Positions 19,935 to 29,692 of a stretch of 45,532 nt of DNA are shown here, piece after piece. A model generated the notes under the pieces. It searched no databases. It had not been told where the DNA came from and saw only the letters and a program-made list of their open reading frames with translations. The stretch lies in the sequence record DRR723986_8415, one strand, 5' to 3'. Numbering within the stretch: position 1 is the first letter of the stretch; the number at the start of each line of letters is the position of its first letter. Made by a program: the position numbers and the translations under genes.

Positions 19935-20870
19935 ATGCGACGTTCAAGGCCCGCGTTCACACTCGTCGAATTGTTGGTAGTCATCGCGATCATTGGGATA
20001 CTGGTTGGACTGCTTTTGCCTGCGGTGCAAGCGGCACGAGAAGCTGCACGCAGGATGAGTTGCAGCAACAATGTCAAGCAGATCGCACTCGCAATGCACA
20101 ACTACGAAAGCTCCCACAAGAAGTTTCCGTTTGGCTGGAACACGCACGGAACACTCTGGTCTGCGATGATTCTCCCCTACATTGAACAAGGGAATCTTTA
20201 CAACACGCTTGAATTTTCCGAATGGCGGAACTGGAGCACCAATGGAACTCCAAACGAAGCGGCTGGTAGTGTCGTCATCTCGACTTTCCGTTGCCCCAGT
20301 CTGCCGATCATTGAGCAGGTTGAATCGAACAGTGGCATTCCGAATCGAGTGCCAATCAGTTACCGAGCGGTTGGTGCCAGCGACGTAACCTCCGATGATT
20401 GGTCGACTAGGCCTGTTCCGGGGACACAAGCTTTCGAGAGGTTAAATCTCAACGGGATGTTCTACGCTTGCAGTGCGACTACTTTCGGATCGATCACAGA
20501 CGGCACGAGCAACACGTTTGCCATTGGCGAGTCGCAGACGGATCCCTTCTTCGTAAAGGATGGGCAAGGCATGGATTTCTGGGCGATTGGGTCGCCTCAA
20601 GCGGATCCGTGCCGGTGTACAGGTAGCAACAATGGGACCGAGTTCAGCGAAGCTGCGGGCAGCACTTACATGCAGATGAATCTGCGCCTTAGGGACCCCG
20701 GTGCGCATGGAAGATTGATGGAGTTGTCGTTTGGGAGCTACCATACAGGCGGGGCTCACTTTGGCATGGGTGACGGCTCTGTCCAGTTTGTTAGCGAAAA
20801 CATCGATATCGAAACCTACCGAAACTTGGGCTCTCGAAACGATGGACAGGTCGTTTCACTCGATAACTAA
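19935..20870 (+). CDS. DUF1559 prepilin-type N-terminal cleavage/methylation protein with H-X9-DG domain
   Basis: AFTLVELLVVIAIIGILVGLLLPAVQAAREAARRMSC, ITDGTSNT, HTGGAHFGMGDG; GAAGGA upstream of ATG 19935. Confidence 0.95.
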   Translation: MRRSRPAFTLVELLVVIAIIGILVGLLLPAVQAAREAARRMSCSNNVKQIALAMHNYESSHKKFPFGWNTHGTLWSAMILPYIEQGNLYNTLEFSEWRNWSTNGTPNEAAGSVVISTFRCPSLPIIEQVESNSGIPNRVPISYRAVGASDVTSDDWSTRPVPGTQAFERLNLNGMFYACSATTFGSITDGTSNTFAIGESQTDPFFVKDGQGMDFWAIGSPQADPCRCTGSNNGTEFSEAAGSTYMQMNLRLRDPGAHGRLMELSFGSYHTGGAHFGMGDGSVQFVSENIDIETYRNLGSRNDGQVVSLDN

Positions 20871-20881
20871 GACCTCGCCTG

Positions 20882-21358
20882 ATGAAAGATAATCTAGTGA
20901 AACAATTAGCTCTGCTTGTATTGGCAGTGACGATCACCGTCACTGGCTGTGGCGGCCCTTCGGCCGACTATGGGAAACTTGGGTTGGTAGAAATCAGCGG
21001 AACCGTAATGCTGGATGGTGTTCCAGTTGAAGGAGCCGCGGTCTATTTCTACGAGCCAGACGATCGATACTGCTTCGGAGTAACCGACTCCAGCGGCCGC
21101 TACACTGCAATGCTCAATTCAGAAAAATCGGGCGTGACGCCCGGTGTGAAGCGAGTAGAAATTACGACCGTCAGCAATCCCCTGGGAGAAGCTGCCGCGA
21201 TGATGGAGGAAGATCCTGATGCAGATGCTGGCAAAGGCAAAGAAAAGATCCCAGCAGCTTATAACGAAAAGTCGAAACTGGAGGTGACGATTGAGTCGTC
21301 CGACAGTGCGTTGGATTTTGATCTCAAGAGTGACGGCTCAACCACCAGTGCAACGTAG
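20882..21358 (+). CDS. Carboxypeptidase-regulatory-like lipoprotein (usual DUF1559 partner)
   Basis: VTGC lipobox; SGTVMLDGVPVEGAAV, GVTDSSGRY, IPAAYN..S.L, DFDL. Confidence 0.85.
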   Translation: MKDNLVKQLALLVLAVTITVTGCGGPSADYGKLGLVEISGTVMLDGVPVEGAAVYFYEPDDRYCFGVTDSSGRYTAMLNSEKSGVTPGVKRVEITTVSNPLGEAAAMMEEDPDADAGKGKEKIPAAYNEKSKLEVTIESSDSALDFDLKSDGSTTSAT

Positions 21359-21359
21359 C

Positions 21360-22295
21360 TCACTGCTGCTCTTGCGTGTGCGTCGACGTGGCAGCGGCCT
21401 TTTGCTCCGCTAGCACCGGTGGTAGTCCAGCGGGCAAGCCTGGACGATTCTTGCCTGTCGCCGATAGCCACGCATCACGGAGAACGGTCATGCGTCGCAT
21501 AGCTGCTTGCTCGGCGGCCGAATCATCGACTACCGCAAGACCGAACTGTCCGCAAAGGTGATCAGCGAGGGCACGGTGAGCACTAGCTTGAAAATGCACA
21601 CCGTCGTTCGTTAGGGGCTCGTTGCTCGAAGTCTGAAGATCCAGCAGCATGGACCTGATATCGATTACATGGTCCGCCTTCAAGTCGCCCGCCAGCAACC
21701 AGCGACTCATCTCCTCAACCACTTCGTCGTATCGCTCCGACGGAGCAAACCAAGCGTAGTTGCCTTTGGCCGTCGGACCAAACTTCTTGTTCTTTTGTCG
21801 CAATGCAGACGATTCAAATGGTGGCGGCGTGAGGAGTATGACGGTCGCACCGCTGTTGTTTATTTTCTCTACAAGGGATTGCATCGACGCCTTGTAGTCC
21901 CGCATGATCGCCTCCGTCGGCGGTGCGTAGATACCGTCGTTCATTCCGTAGCAGACGAACACGACGGATGGCTTTAGCATGCGGAGCGTCTTGTCAATTC
22001 GGCTGTGAATGCAAGGCCGAGGAAACGGGTGGTCGGGTTCACTCAATCCTGACGCCGTTTCGCTGGACACGCCCAGATTGATGATTCTTGGCGCTTCGCT
22101 GCCGTAGTGCTGATTCATGGCTGCTTCGAATCTTGCAACGTATCCCCCCGCATAGGTGTTCGAGTCACCCATGAAAATCCACGTCCCGCCAGAGCTCGGC
22201 AAATCGTTCAATGCTTGCCCGCTGGCAATGCTGCAGAACATCAGCACTCCGAAAAGGCTGGCTAGTGTAGGAGAGTTTAGGATTGATTGACGCAT
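21360..22295 (-). CDS. Secreted SGNH/GDSL hydrolase
   Basis: Signal peptide; GDSNT (block I), NLGVSSE, YGMND, DGVH; TACAAT at 22357-22352 upstream. Confidence 0.9.
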   Translation of the reverse strand: MRQSILNSPTLASLFGVLMFCSIASGQALNDLPSSGGTWIFMGDSNTYAGGYVARFEAAMNQHYGSEAPRIINLGVSSETASGLSEPDHPFPRPCIHSRIDKTLRMLKPSVVFVCYGMNDGIYAPPTEAIMRDYKASMQSLVEKINNSGATVILLTPPPFESSALRQKNKKFGPTAKGNYAWFAPSERYDEVVEEMSRWLLAGDLKADHVIDIRSMLLDLQTSSNEPLTNDGVHFQASAHRALADHLCGQFGLAVVDDSAAEQAAMRRMTVLRDAWLSATGKNRPGLPAGLPPVLAEQKAAATSTHTQEQQ

Positions 22296-22471
22296 GATCA
22301 GCTCTACTTGGGAAACGAAACTATGTCGGCTGGCGTGGGGACCGCTGCTGTATTGTAAATGACTCGCTTGGCGGCTGAGTAAGTTCGGCTACTTTAGAAA
22401 GTGAGAAAACGCTAGACTATCGGAGTCGCAAAGTACATGATTCGCGTTGTGGGCAAAGGAACTGCATTCAG

Positions 22472-22957
22472 ATGACAACGTCCGAATACAAAGACGATGG
22501 TAAAACAACCGATTCGAATTTGGCCGCCGAGGCCGTGGTTGCCGATCAGGCACCTGCCCCCGAACTGCAGCGAACGGAAACTGATTACTCACAGAAGAGT
22601 GTTCTGATACTTGAGGATGATCCCGCGCAGATCTACCTGCTGCAGAGTTACCTAAAAAAACTACAGATGAAGGTCATTGTTGCACAGACAGTCAAAGCGG
22701 CGAGGGACGCGATTCGCGAGCGACTCCCTGATTTAGCCATCTTTGACGTTCGCTTGCCTGATGGTTCCGGGCTTGATTTGTGTGAAGAGGTAGATGCTGA
22801 TCCGAAGCTGGCGGGGATGCCAATCATCGTTCTCAGCAGTGTAGAGTCCGAGGACATGATACGGAAAACGCGTGCTTCCGGAGGTCGCTTTTTCCTCGGC
22901 AAGCCCTACGATCCCAACGTGCTGCTTCTGGTAATCGAATCTTCGCTACGCGGTTAG
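22472..22957 (+). CDS. Stand-alone response regulator receiver (CheY-like)
   Basis: LILEDD, FDVRLPDGSG (phospho-Asp), IVLSS, KP; no output domain. Confidence 0.9.
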   Translation: MTTSEYKDDGKTTDSNLAAEAVVADQAPAPELQRTETDYSQKSVLILEDDPAQIYLLQSYLKKLQMKVIVAQTVKAARDAIRERLPDLAIFDVRLPDGSGLDLCEEVDADPKLAGMPIIVLSSVESEDMIRKTRASGGRFFLGKPYDPNVLLLVIESSLRG

Positions 22958-23020
22958 GCGAACATCAAGTGGATCACCTTGATGAACCAAAACCAGTCGA
23001 GAGCATTCTAGCGCTGGAAA

Positions 23021-25276
23021 CTAGCGAGACGCGGTTAGGCTGTGGCAAAGCTCTTGGAGTTCTGCGTTGCTTTGCATATTGGCGGGAAGGGCTGATGGGT
23101 GCATTGCGGGCAAAAGGTGCTTCCAAACGAGCGATAGCTGTTCTTGCAGATTTCGAGAATTGGCAGTCATGACAACAACCGCATCCTGATCCGGGATCAC
23201 GATACAGAACTGCCCATCTTTGCCGTCGCCGCGGAAGGCGTTGTGGCGGCAACGCCAAAACTGAAAACCGTAGCCTTGGTCCCAGTCGCGCTGCGGATCG
23301 CTGCCATTGGAGACCTGTCGACTCGTCGCCTGAGCAACCCAATCTGACGGAACAACTTGTTTGCCATTCCACGATCCGTCTTGCAGAAGCAATTGTCCAA
23401 ATTTCGCGATGTCTTGTGTTGTCAGGAAAAGTCCGTATCCACCAAGCGATATCCCTTCAGGGCTATCGTCCCAACGTGGAGGCTTGATGCCAAGGTGGTC
23501 GAAGAGGCGGGGTTGGAGGTAGTCAACGGTTTTTTCTCCGGTGACTTTCTGAATGACCGCAGAAAGCATGTAGGTTGCCGGTGTATTGTACTGAAAATGT
23601 GTCCCCGGCTTGTGAGGCACCTCGTGTGCAAGAAACGCTTTTCGCCATTGCTTTGATTCGAAGAGCGAGACTTCTTTCTGGTGACCGGCTGTCATTGTTA
23701 GTAGGTCACGGATTCGCATCCTCTTGAGGTTGGCCGACGGGGATTGGGGCAACAAGTCGGGAAAGAAATCCATAACTCGGTCGTCGAGGCTCAGTCTGCC
23801 TTCGCCAACAGCAATGCCAACCGCGGTGGAAGTGAAACTCTTCGACAAGGACCACAGCACGTGCGGTTTGTCTGCGTTTTCCGGTGACCACCACGCTTCG
23901 GCGACAACGTTACCATGCCTCAGCAGCATGAAACTGTGAAGAGAATCGACTTCCTTGTCGGCGGCTTGTATGAAATTGATAATTCCCTGCGCGTCGACAC
24001 CTTGCGATTCCGGAGATCGTCGCGGCAAATCGTGCGAAGGCGATTCCTGTGAGGTCTCTTTTGTCTTCAAGGCCTCTGTGGACGAAATCACTTGGAAGCG
24101 GATTTTCTCGTAAGCTCCCTTCGTGCCGCACTCAAAGAGAATTCCGAGACTTCCCGGGTACAACTCAACCATGTCGCTGTACGCGGCGGGACCTGCGTGT
24201 ACAAGCTTGCCGTCGGCCCAGGATGCATCGCTGAGTTTAGTGGCCAGGTCTTTGGAGAATCTCAAACGCAGATCGCTTCGGCCCTTTCCATTGGGACCAT
24301 TTTCGTCTGGACCACAGAAGATAACTTCGCCACTGGACAGTCGAAGGAGTGAGCACTGGACGACTGGCGGATCCAACTCTGGAGCCGAAGGTTTGAACTT
24401 CTTCCATTCCGACGAGTGGGACTGTAGAGTCGCTCCTCCGTCATAGCTAAACGCTTCACCGCGAGTCCCGTTTGCTTTGCCATGTTGGTCTCGAGTGTTG
24501 AAGTAAAGCAGTCCATCGTCCAGCTCGACAACTGAGGTTTCATTGGCATTTAAGGCGTCTTCATACGATGCATCAATTGCACCAAGACGCCAGGTTTCGC
24601 CATAATCATCGGATAGAACTGCGTGTGCCCCATTGGGCCCCTTGTCCGCACCGTTGTCTCCAAGCCGGTGGTCACACGGGATTACGATTCTGCCACGATG
24701 AGGCCCGTTTTGAATCTGAATCGAGTGCACTGGTCCAGTCGCATACCATCCCCATTGGTCGAGTTTGACGTCTTTGGTGATTTCGCGATGCGGTGACCAA
24801 GTTCGACCATCATCATCGCTGAACTTAACAAACACCCGATCGTTTTCCAGCGTGTATGGTAGCCAAATTCGTCCGCTGTGGATCGGTGAGAGCAGGTCCA
24901 CAACCGGGGCTGGATTGCCCAGTGTTATCGGTTGTTCATCGGAGTAGTATTTGACGTAGTCGTCACTCTCGCAAACGACTTGCATGTCCTCCCAAGTCTT
25001 CCCGCCATCCATGCTTCTCCGGAGGACAAGGTCGATCTCGCTAGCGTCGCCACCCTCGCGGGCTTCGCAGAATGCGAGCAGCGTTCCCTGCTTGCTCTTT
25101 ACAATCGCAGGAATCCGGTAAACATTGTAACCCGATGTGCCGGAGGCAAACACGTCAACGGTTGTTCTCTCGAATGGCATCGTCTCAGCGATCGCCATTC
25201 GCGGGAGAGTTATGGCGGCGATCGTGATTACGCAGCACAACCTGACTGCGTTTCGTGTTTCCATTAGTATTTGCAT
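23021..25276 (-). CDS. Secreted GH33 exo-alpha-sialidase fused to a C-terminal beta-lactamase-family serine hydrolase
   Basis: YRIP, four Asp-boxes (SMDGGKTW, SDDDGRTW, SDDYGETW, SYDGGATL), ANE, NTR, AYS; then SLSK (SxxK), LLTMTAG, PGTHFQYNT, YGFQFW, RGDGKDGQ. Start 25276 or 25264. Confidence 0.88.
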   Translation of the reverse strand: MQILMETRNAVRLCCVITIAAITLPRMAIAETMPFERTTVDVFASGTSGYNVYRIPAIVKSKQGTLLAFCEAREGGDASEIDLVLRRSMDGGKTWEDMQVVCESDDYVKYYSDEQPITLGNPAPVVDLLSPIHSGRIWLPYTLENDRVFVKFSDDDGRTWSPHREITKDVKLDQWGWYATGPVHSIQIQNGPHRGRIVIPCDHRLGDNGADKGPNGAHAVLSDDYGETWRLGAIDASYEDALNANETSVVELDDGLLYFNTRDQHGKANGTRGEAFSYDGGATLQSHSSEWKKFKPSAPELDPPVVQCSLLRLSSGEVIFCGPDENGPNGKGRSDLRLRFSKDLATKLSDASWADGKLVHAGPAAYSDMVELYPGSLGILFECGTKGAYEKIRFQVISSTEALKTKETSQESPSHDLPRRSPESQGVDAQGIINFIQAADKEVDSLHSFMLLRHGNVVAEAWWSPENADKPHVLWSLSKSFTSTAVGIAVGEGRLSLDDRVMDFFPDLLPQSPSANLKRMRIRDLLTMTAGHQKEVSLFESKQWRKAFLAHEVPHKPGTHFQYNTPATYMLSAVIQKVTGEKTVDYLQPRLFDHLGIKPPRWDDSPEGISLGGYGLFLTTQDIAKFGQLLLQDGSWNGKQVVPSDWVAQATSRQVSNGSDPQRDWDQGYGFQFWRCRHNAFRGDGKDGQFCIVIPDQDAVVVMTANSRNLQEQLSLVWKHLLPAMHPSALPANMQSNAELQELCHSLTASR

Positions 25277-25309
25277 TGATTCGTTCTTTGGTGTGGGAAC
25301 TTTCGCAGT

Positions 25310-27940
25310 TTATCGTTCAGCAACGATGAGCGCCTGCTCCGTAAGTACTTTGTCGCCTTCATGGAGTGCGACTCGATACTTTCCGGTGGGTAGGTACTTC
25401 GTGTATTGAATAAAGTAAGGTTCGTCGCTGTCTTGAGCGGATAGAGCCAGGTCCCAGCGAAACTGATTGAGGCCCGGGCGTGCCGTGATCGAAAGTTCGA
25501 CAAGTGGAGGCTCCTTGGCATCGCTCGAGACAGTCATCGTCAGCGGCCTTGCGTCTGGACTTACAAATGAAATCGTAACCTTCTCTGATCCACGGAAGTT
25601 GACTCCAGGACGCGTGTCCTGTGAAATTGGTCGGTAGGCAGTTGGGATTGGCAAGAGCTTGACATCGGAACGGCTCTTCGCTGAAGCGACAAACTGATGG
25701 ACAGGGCTCAGGTTCACTGTGTAGATTCCTCGTCCGTGGGTGCCGACGACGAGATCAAGTGCTGAGGAGTGGATTTCCAAGTCACCGATGCTGCAGGTCG
25801 GAAGGTTATGCCCTAGCACTGCCCATGACTCTCCGCGGTCGGTGGATACATAGACTCCGCGAAAGGTTCCTAAGTATAAGACATTCGCGTAACGTGGATC
25901 CTCAACAATGACGTTTGCTGGTTCGCTGGCTAGGTTCGACGCGATTGACCTCCACGTCTGTCCGCGGTCATCACTTGTGAAGATGTAAGTGCCGAAGTCG
26001 TCGTAGTTCAGACCACTCATCGCAAGGTATACACGTGAAGAGTCGAACTGAGACGGAACGATGCTCCGAATATACGCCTTGGGAAGTCCGGAGCTGCGAT
26101 TCTGCCACTCGGCGTTTTCGTCCTCGCGCACCCAGAGTAATCCTGTGTCGGTTCCAGCGTAGAGAAGGCCGCGTTGCAGTGGCGACTCAGCGATCTGGCT
26201 GGTAGCTTTCGAAGCCGGTCGGTTCCCAGAGCCTTTCATTAAGTCAGGACTGATCACGTCCCAATTGTCGCCACGGTTGCGGCTCTTAAAAATGTAATTG
26301 CCGCCCAGGAAGAGCGTTCGGGAGTCGTGCGGCGAAATGATAAACGGAGCGACAAAGTTAAACTTTAGTTCGCCGGGATGATCGCCTGGGAGCGACGCTC
26401 GGATAGCGACAGAACGGTCGGATGACATATCTTTGCGTCGGAATGCGCCTTCTTGAGCGCTGAAGTAGACGGTGTTTGGATCTGATGGATCGACTTGCGT
26501 GATGCATCCATCACCACCATTCCAAGGATCAATCCATAGATACTTCCACGGCTGAGTCCTGTTGGGCCCCAGTTCGTTCGCCGGTCCGTAAACGGTTGCG
26601 TCGTCTTGCGCTCCGGCAAAAATCCGGTAGGGTCTGCTGTTGTCTAGAGCGATGTCGTAGAACTCACCGGTAGCCAAATTATTGTGATGCAGCCAGCTCT
26701 TTCCTCGATCGAAACTTTGGTAAAGGCCACCGTCGTTGCCGAGAGCTAGGTGGTCCGGGTTCGCTGGGTTGATCCACATCTCACAGTGATCCAAATGCAA
26801 GCCGCTCGCAGAGCTTTGCACAAGGTGTTCAACGTGGCCACCGAGGAGATCAAACGTTTTTCCACCGTCGCGGCTGTGTGCAAGACGAACTCCGAGAGCG
26901 TAGATTTCTTCGTCTTCCTGTGGATTGACGTAGATGTCGGCGAAGTACCAACCGATCCGAGAGAAGAACTTGAGGTCCGTTTTGTGCGTTTTGTGCCATG
27001 ACTTTCCGCCGTCGGTGCTCTTGAAAACTTGAGCGGCTCCGGCCTGGATTCGGTCGCGATTGTCGATCAATGCGTAGACTTTCGATGCATCGGAGTGAGA
27101 AACGGCTAAGCCGATTCGCCCTACGTCGTCGCCGGATGGCAGCCCATCAGTGCACTTTTTCCAGGTTCGGCCTGCATCCTGGCTGCGGTAGACGCCACTG
27201 TTTGCGCCACTGACATCTGGGTGATTGTGCCACATCGAAGCGTAAGCAATGTTTGGATCGTCGATTGCCCAAACGACATCGTTGGCACCGGTCTCGTTGT
27301 CAATCTTGATGACTTGCTGCCAGCTCTCGCCGCCGTCTTCGGTTCGGTACAGGCCACGATGCTTGTTCGGCGACCAGAAGTGTCCAAGGACCGCCACCAA
27401 TGCGACGTCCGGATTGGTTGGATGAACAGCGATCTCACCTATATGCCACGAGTCTTCGAGGCCAAGATGCTTCCAGGTGTCACCTCCGTCGTTGGATCGG
27501 TAAACTCCGGTGCCCGGTATAGTGAAGTTGCGTGCCTTCTTGAGGCTTTCGCCGGTTCCCAAATAGATGACATCTGGGTTTGACGGAGCCAGAGCAAAGT
27601 CACCGATGCCGTGGGATGCGTGGCCTTCGAATTTAGGCTGCCAAGTGATTCCGTTGTTCGTTGACTTCCAAAGGTTGCCAGATCCGAAAGCGGCGTAAAT
27701 CAAGCCAGGCTTCGACGGATGTAGTTGCACAGCTTCAACGCGAGCAGAGTTGACCGTCGGGCCGACATGGATCCACTCAACGCCATACGCGCTGGACGCT
27801 TTCAATTGTTCGTAGGTTGCAAACGAATCGACCAAAGGCGAACTTGGCTGCTGGGCGTAGCTGGCTGATATCAGGCTGCATAATGTGGCCAAGCAGATAA
27901 AAGTTCGGGGTGTTCGGGCTGTTAGTGTGGATGTATTCAT
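25310..27940 (-). CDS. Secreted VPS10/sortilin-like BNR-repeat beta-propeller protein (putative glycosyl hydrolase)
   Basis: Signal peptide; many Asp-boxes (STNNGITW, SNDGGDTW, TEDGGESW, SQDAGRTW, STDGGKSW, SFDRGKSW, SDDRGQTW, STDRGESW); GTHGRGI. Confidence 0.88.
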   Translation of the reverse strand: MNTSTLTARTPRTFICLATLCSLISASYAQQPSSPLVDSFATYEQLKASSAYGVEWIHVGPTVNSARVEAVQLHPSKPGLIYAAFGSGNLWKSTNNGITWQPKFEGHASHGIGDFALAPSNPDVIYLGTGESLKKARNFTIPGTGVYRSNDGGDTWKHLGLEDSWHIGEIAVHPTNPDVALVAVLGHFWSPNKHRGLYRTEDGGESWQQVIKIDNETGANDVVWAIDDPNIAYASMWHNHPDVSGANSGVYRSQDAGRTWKKCTDGLPSGDDVGRIGLAVSHSDASKVYALIDNRDRIQAGAAQVFKSTDGGKSWHKTHKTDLKFFSRIGWYFADIYVNPQEDEEIYALGVRLAHSRDGGKTFDLLGGHVEHLVQSSASGLHLDHCEMWINPANPDHLALGNDGGLYQSFDRGKSWLHHNNLATGEFYDIALDNSRPYRIFAGAQDDATVYGPANELGPNRTQPWKYLWIDPWNGGDGCITQVDPSDPNTVYFSAQEGAFRRKDMSSDRSVAIRASLPGDHPGELKFNFVAPFIISPHDSRTLFLGGNYIFKSRNRGDNWDVISPDLMKGSGNRPASKATSQIAESPLQRGLLYAGTDTGLLWVREDENAEWQNRSSGLPKAYIRSIVPSQFDSSRVYLAMSGLNYDDFGTYIFTSDDRGQTWRSIASNLASEPANVIVEDPRYANVLYLGTFRGVYVSTDRGESWAVLGHNLPTCSIGDLEIHSSALDLVVGTHGRGIYTVNLSPVHQFVASAKSRSDVKLLPIPTAYRPISQDTRPGVNFRGSEKVTISFVSPDARPLTMTVSSDAKEPPLVELSITARPGLNQFRWDLALSAQDSDEPYFIQYTKYLPTGKYRVALHEGDKVLTEQALIVAER

Positions 27941-27946
27941 GCCACC

Positions 27947-27952
27947 ATTGTA
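27947..27952 (-). promoter_or_regulatory. -10 hexamer TACAAT 6 nt upstream of the ATG (leaderless-mRNA geometry)
   Basis: Minus strand reads TACAAT-GGTGGC-ATG(27940). Confidence 0.5.
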
Positions 27953-28224
27953 GTACTAAAGCCCGCGTGGAACTGGATCCGTTCTTTCGAATCGTGAACG
28001 AAGAAACGCCGTGTCGACCCAATCCAGAACTACTGAGTGAAACTCCAATCTGTTGGGGGAAACAAATACTAGGAGAGCTCGGAATTGCTTTGGTTCAGGA
28101 CCGCTTTGAAATTGCGGCAGCGTTTAGGAGGCGGAATAATGAAGTGGCGAACGATAAGGGCGGCGTGAATCCCAGGGCTGCTTCTCAAGGCTCGTTCGAG
28201 AGAATTCAGGAGATTGGCGCTTCG

Positions 28225-28737
28225 ATGTCCAGCAAAGGGAAAAGGGGAGCCGGCAAACATGTTGGCCGCAAACATATTGCGGAGGCAGCCGATAGAGTCT
28301 GCTTTTTCGTTTACGGCACGTTGAAGGAGGGCTACCGGAATCAGCACTGGTGGCCCACAAAGCCGTTGCGAGTTGACCGAGCTTGGACCTATGGCCACCT
28401 TTACGACTTGGGCGATTTTCCCGCGATGGTGGCCGGCGCGGATCGGGTGCTTGGCGAGCTATGGACGTTTCACGCGAGTCACTTCGACCAGATTGTTACG
28501 GCCCTGGATGAACTTGAAGGCACCAATCTGGTTTCCGAGCAAGACTGGTACGAACGCGTATCGCAGGCGGTATTCTGTGGTGAGCCGGTTTGTGGTGAGA
28601 CGGAGGGCCAATTCGATGTGCCTGTGCGTGGAGTCGCCGCAACCTGCTATCTTTATCTTCGCGAATTGAACGAGCACCAGCGGGTTACGCCAGACCTGCG
28701 GATTTGCCAAAGTGACTTTTGCGTTTGGACGCGATAG
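28225..28737 (+). CDS. Gamma-glutamylcyclotransferase (AIG2-like/GGACT family)
   Basis: FFVYGTLK..G..N, LYDLGDFPAMV, GELW, LDELEG; AGGAGA upstream of ATG 28225. The ORF-track start at 27910 overlaps the neighbouring gene. Confidence 0.85.
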   Translation: MSSKGKRGAGKHVGRKHIAEAADRVCFFVYGTLKEGYRNQHWWPTKPLRVDRAWTYGHLYDLGDFPAMVAGADRVLGELWTFHASHFDQIVTALDELEGTNLVSEQDWYERVSQAVFCGEPVCGETEGQFDVPVRGVAATCYLYLRELNEHQRVTPDLRICQSDFCVWTR

Positions 28738-28933
28738 CTCGGAAGTGTTGCAGATGGCCGTTGGGATTTGGGGGCCTTCCCACGCTGTAGTTTGACAGGC
28801 AAAGGGCGAGCGGCTGGAAAGTTCGCCTAGTCGTGAGCTATCTGGGGCCTGTAAGAATGAGCAACGTCGCTTGCCGCAGAGCACGCGACGGTGTGATCCG
28901 ACGATGCGTCTAATCGAAGAGTGAGTGAACGCG

Positions 28934-29554
28934 ATGATTAAAAAGCATGCTTCTCGTACTTGGCGTTTCCTTAGAACAACGGCAATCGGCGGAATTTTCT
29001 TCCTGCTTCCTCTGACAGTCGTGGGAGCGTTGCTTGGGCAGGTTGCCAGCGTCATTTGGTCTGCGGCGACCATGGTCCAACCCTATTTGCCCGAAGAGAC
29101 GCCTGCGGAGTACGCGCTGCTTTTCTTGTCCGGAGTTGCGATTGTCGTCCTTCTCTGTTTTGTGGCTGGCATCATCGCGCGTCGTGCCATGGGGAGGCGA
29201 TTCACGGCGCTGGTCGAGAAGTATTTGCTGATGCTGTTTCCCCGCTACGCCATCTTCAAGGAACAGTTGAGCGGTAACATTGGTGGCCGAGAGTTTCATA
29301 ATTCCCTCACACCCGTACTGATTCAACTGCAAGACCACAAGCGACTTGGTTTGGAAATCGAACGCAAAGAAGCCAGCGGCGTAGCGGTGTTTCTGCCTGG
29401 ATCACCCGATCCATGGAGTGGTAGTGTAGTTATCGTGGAAGCAAATTCGGTCACGCCACTTTCGACACCCATCGCTGACGCATTGGCTTGCCACGAGCAA
29501 CTCGGGCGAGGGATCCTTGGTACACTTCAAGTTGCAAAAGGTCCTAAGACCTAG
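28934..29554 (+). CDS. DUF502-family membrane protein
   Basis: GGIFFLLPL, two TM helices, FPRYAIFK, VFLPGSPDPWSG. Confidence 0.8.
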   Translation: MIKKHASRTWRFLRTTAIGGIFFLLPLTVVGALLGQVASVIWSAATMVQPYLPEETPAEYALLFLSGVAIVVLLCFVAGIIARRAMGRRFTALVEKYLLMLFPRYAIFKEQLSGNIGGREFHNSLTPVLIQLQDHKRLGLEIERKEASGVAVFLPGSPDPWSGSVVIVEANSVTPLSTPIADALACHEQLGRGILGTLQVAKGPKT

Positions 29555-29571
29555 ACCGCTGGTCGTTGCAC

Positions 29572-29577
29572 TATAAT
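29572..29577 (+). promoter_or_regulatory. Candidate -10 element (TATAAT) for the VOC/ECF sigma operon
   Basis: Perfect TATAAT just after the DUF502 stop; no clear -35. Confidence 0.35.
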
Positions 29578-29692
29578 CCATTAAACGAAGGCCCCTGACT
29601 TACGTTCAGAAGGGCGGTGACAGCACCGGAACACCGAATTACTGGCAGCTAGAACCACAACACTTTAAGAATACTGCGAAGAGGAATTTAAC

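Noticed and set aside
25310-27940. Repeated motifs as a DNA repeat array or CRISPR
   Set aside because: The repeats are protein-level Asp-boxes with degenerate codons. No spaced identical DNA repeats were seen anywhere in the window.
28459-29338. Minus-strand ORFs of 204 aa and 142 aa
   Set aside because: They overlap well-supported GGCT and DUF502 genes, are Arg/Ser-rich and show no motifs.
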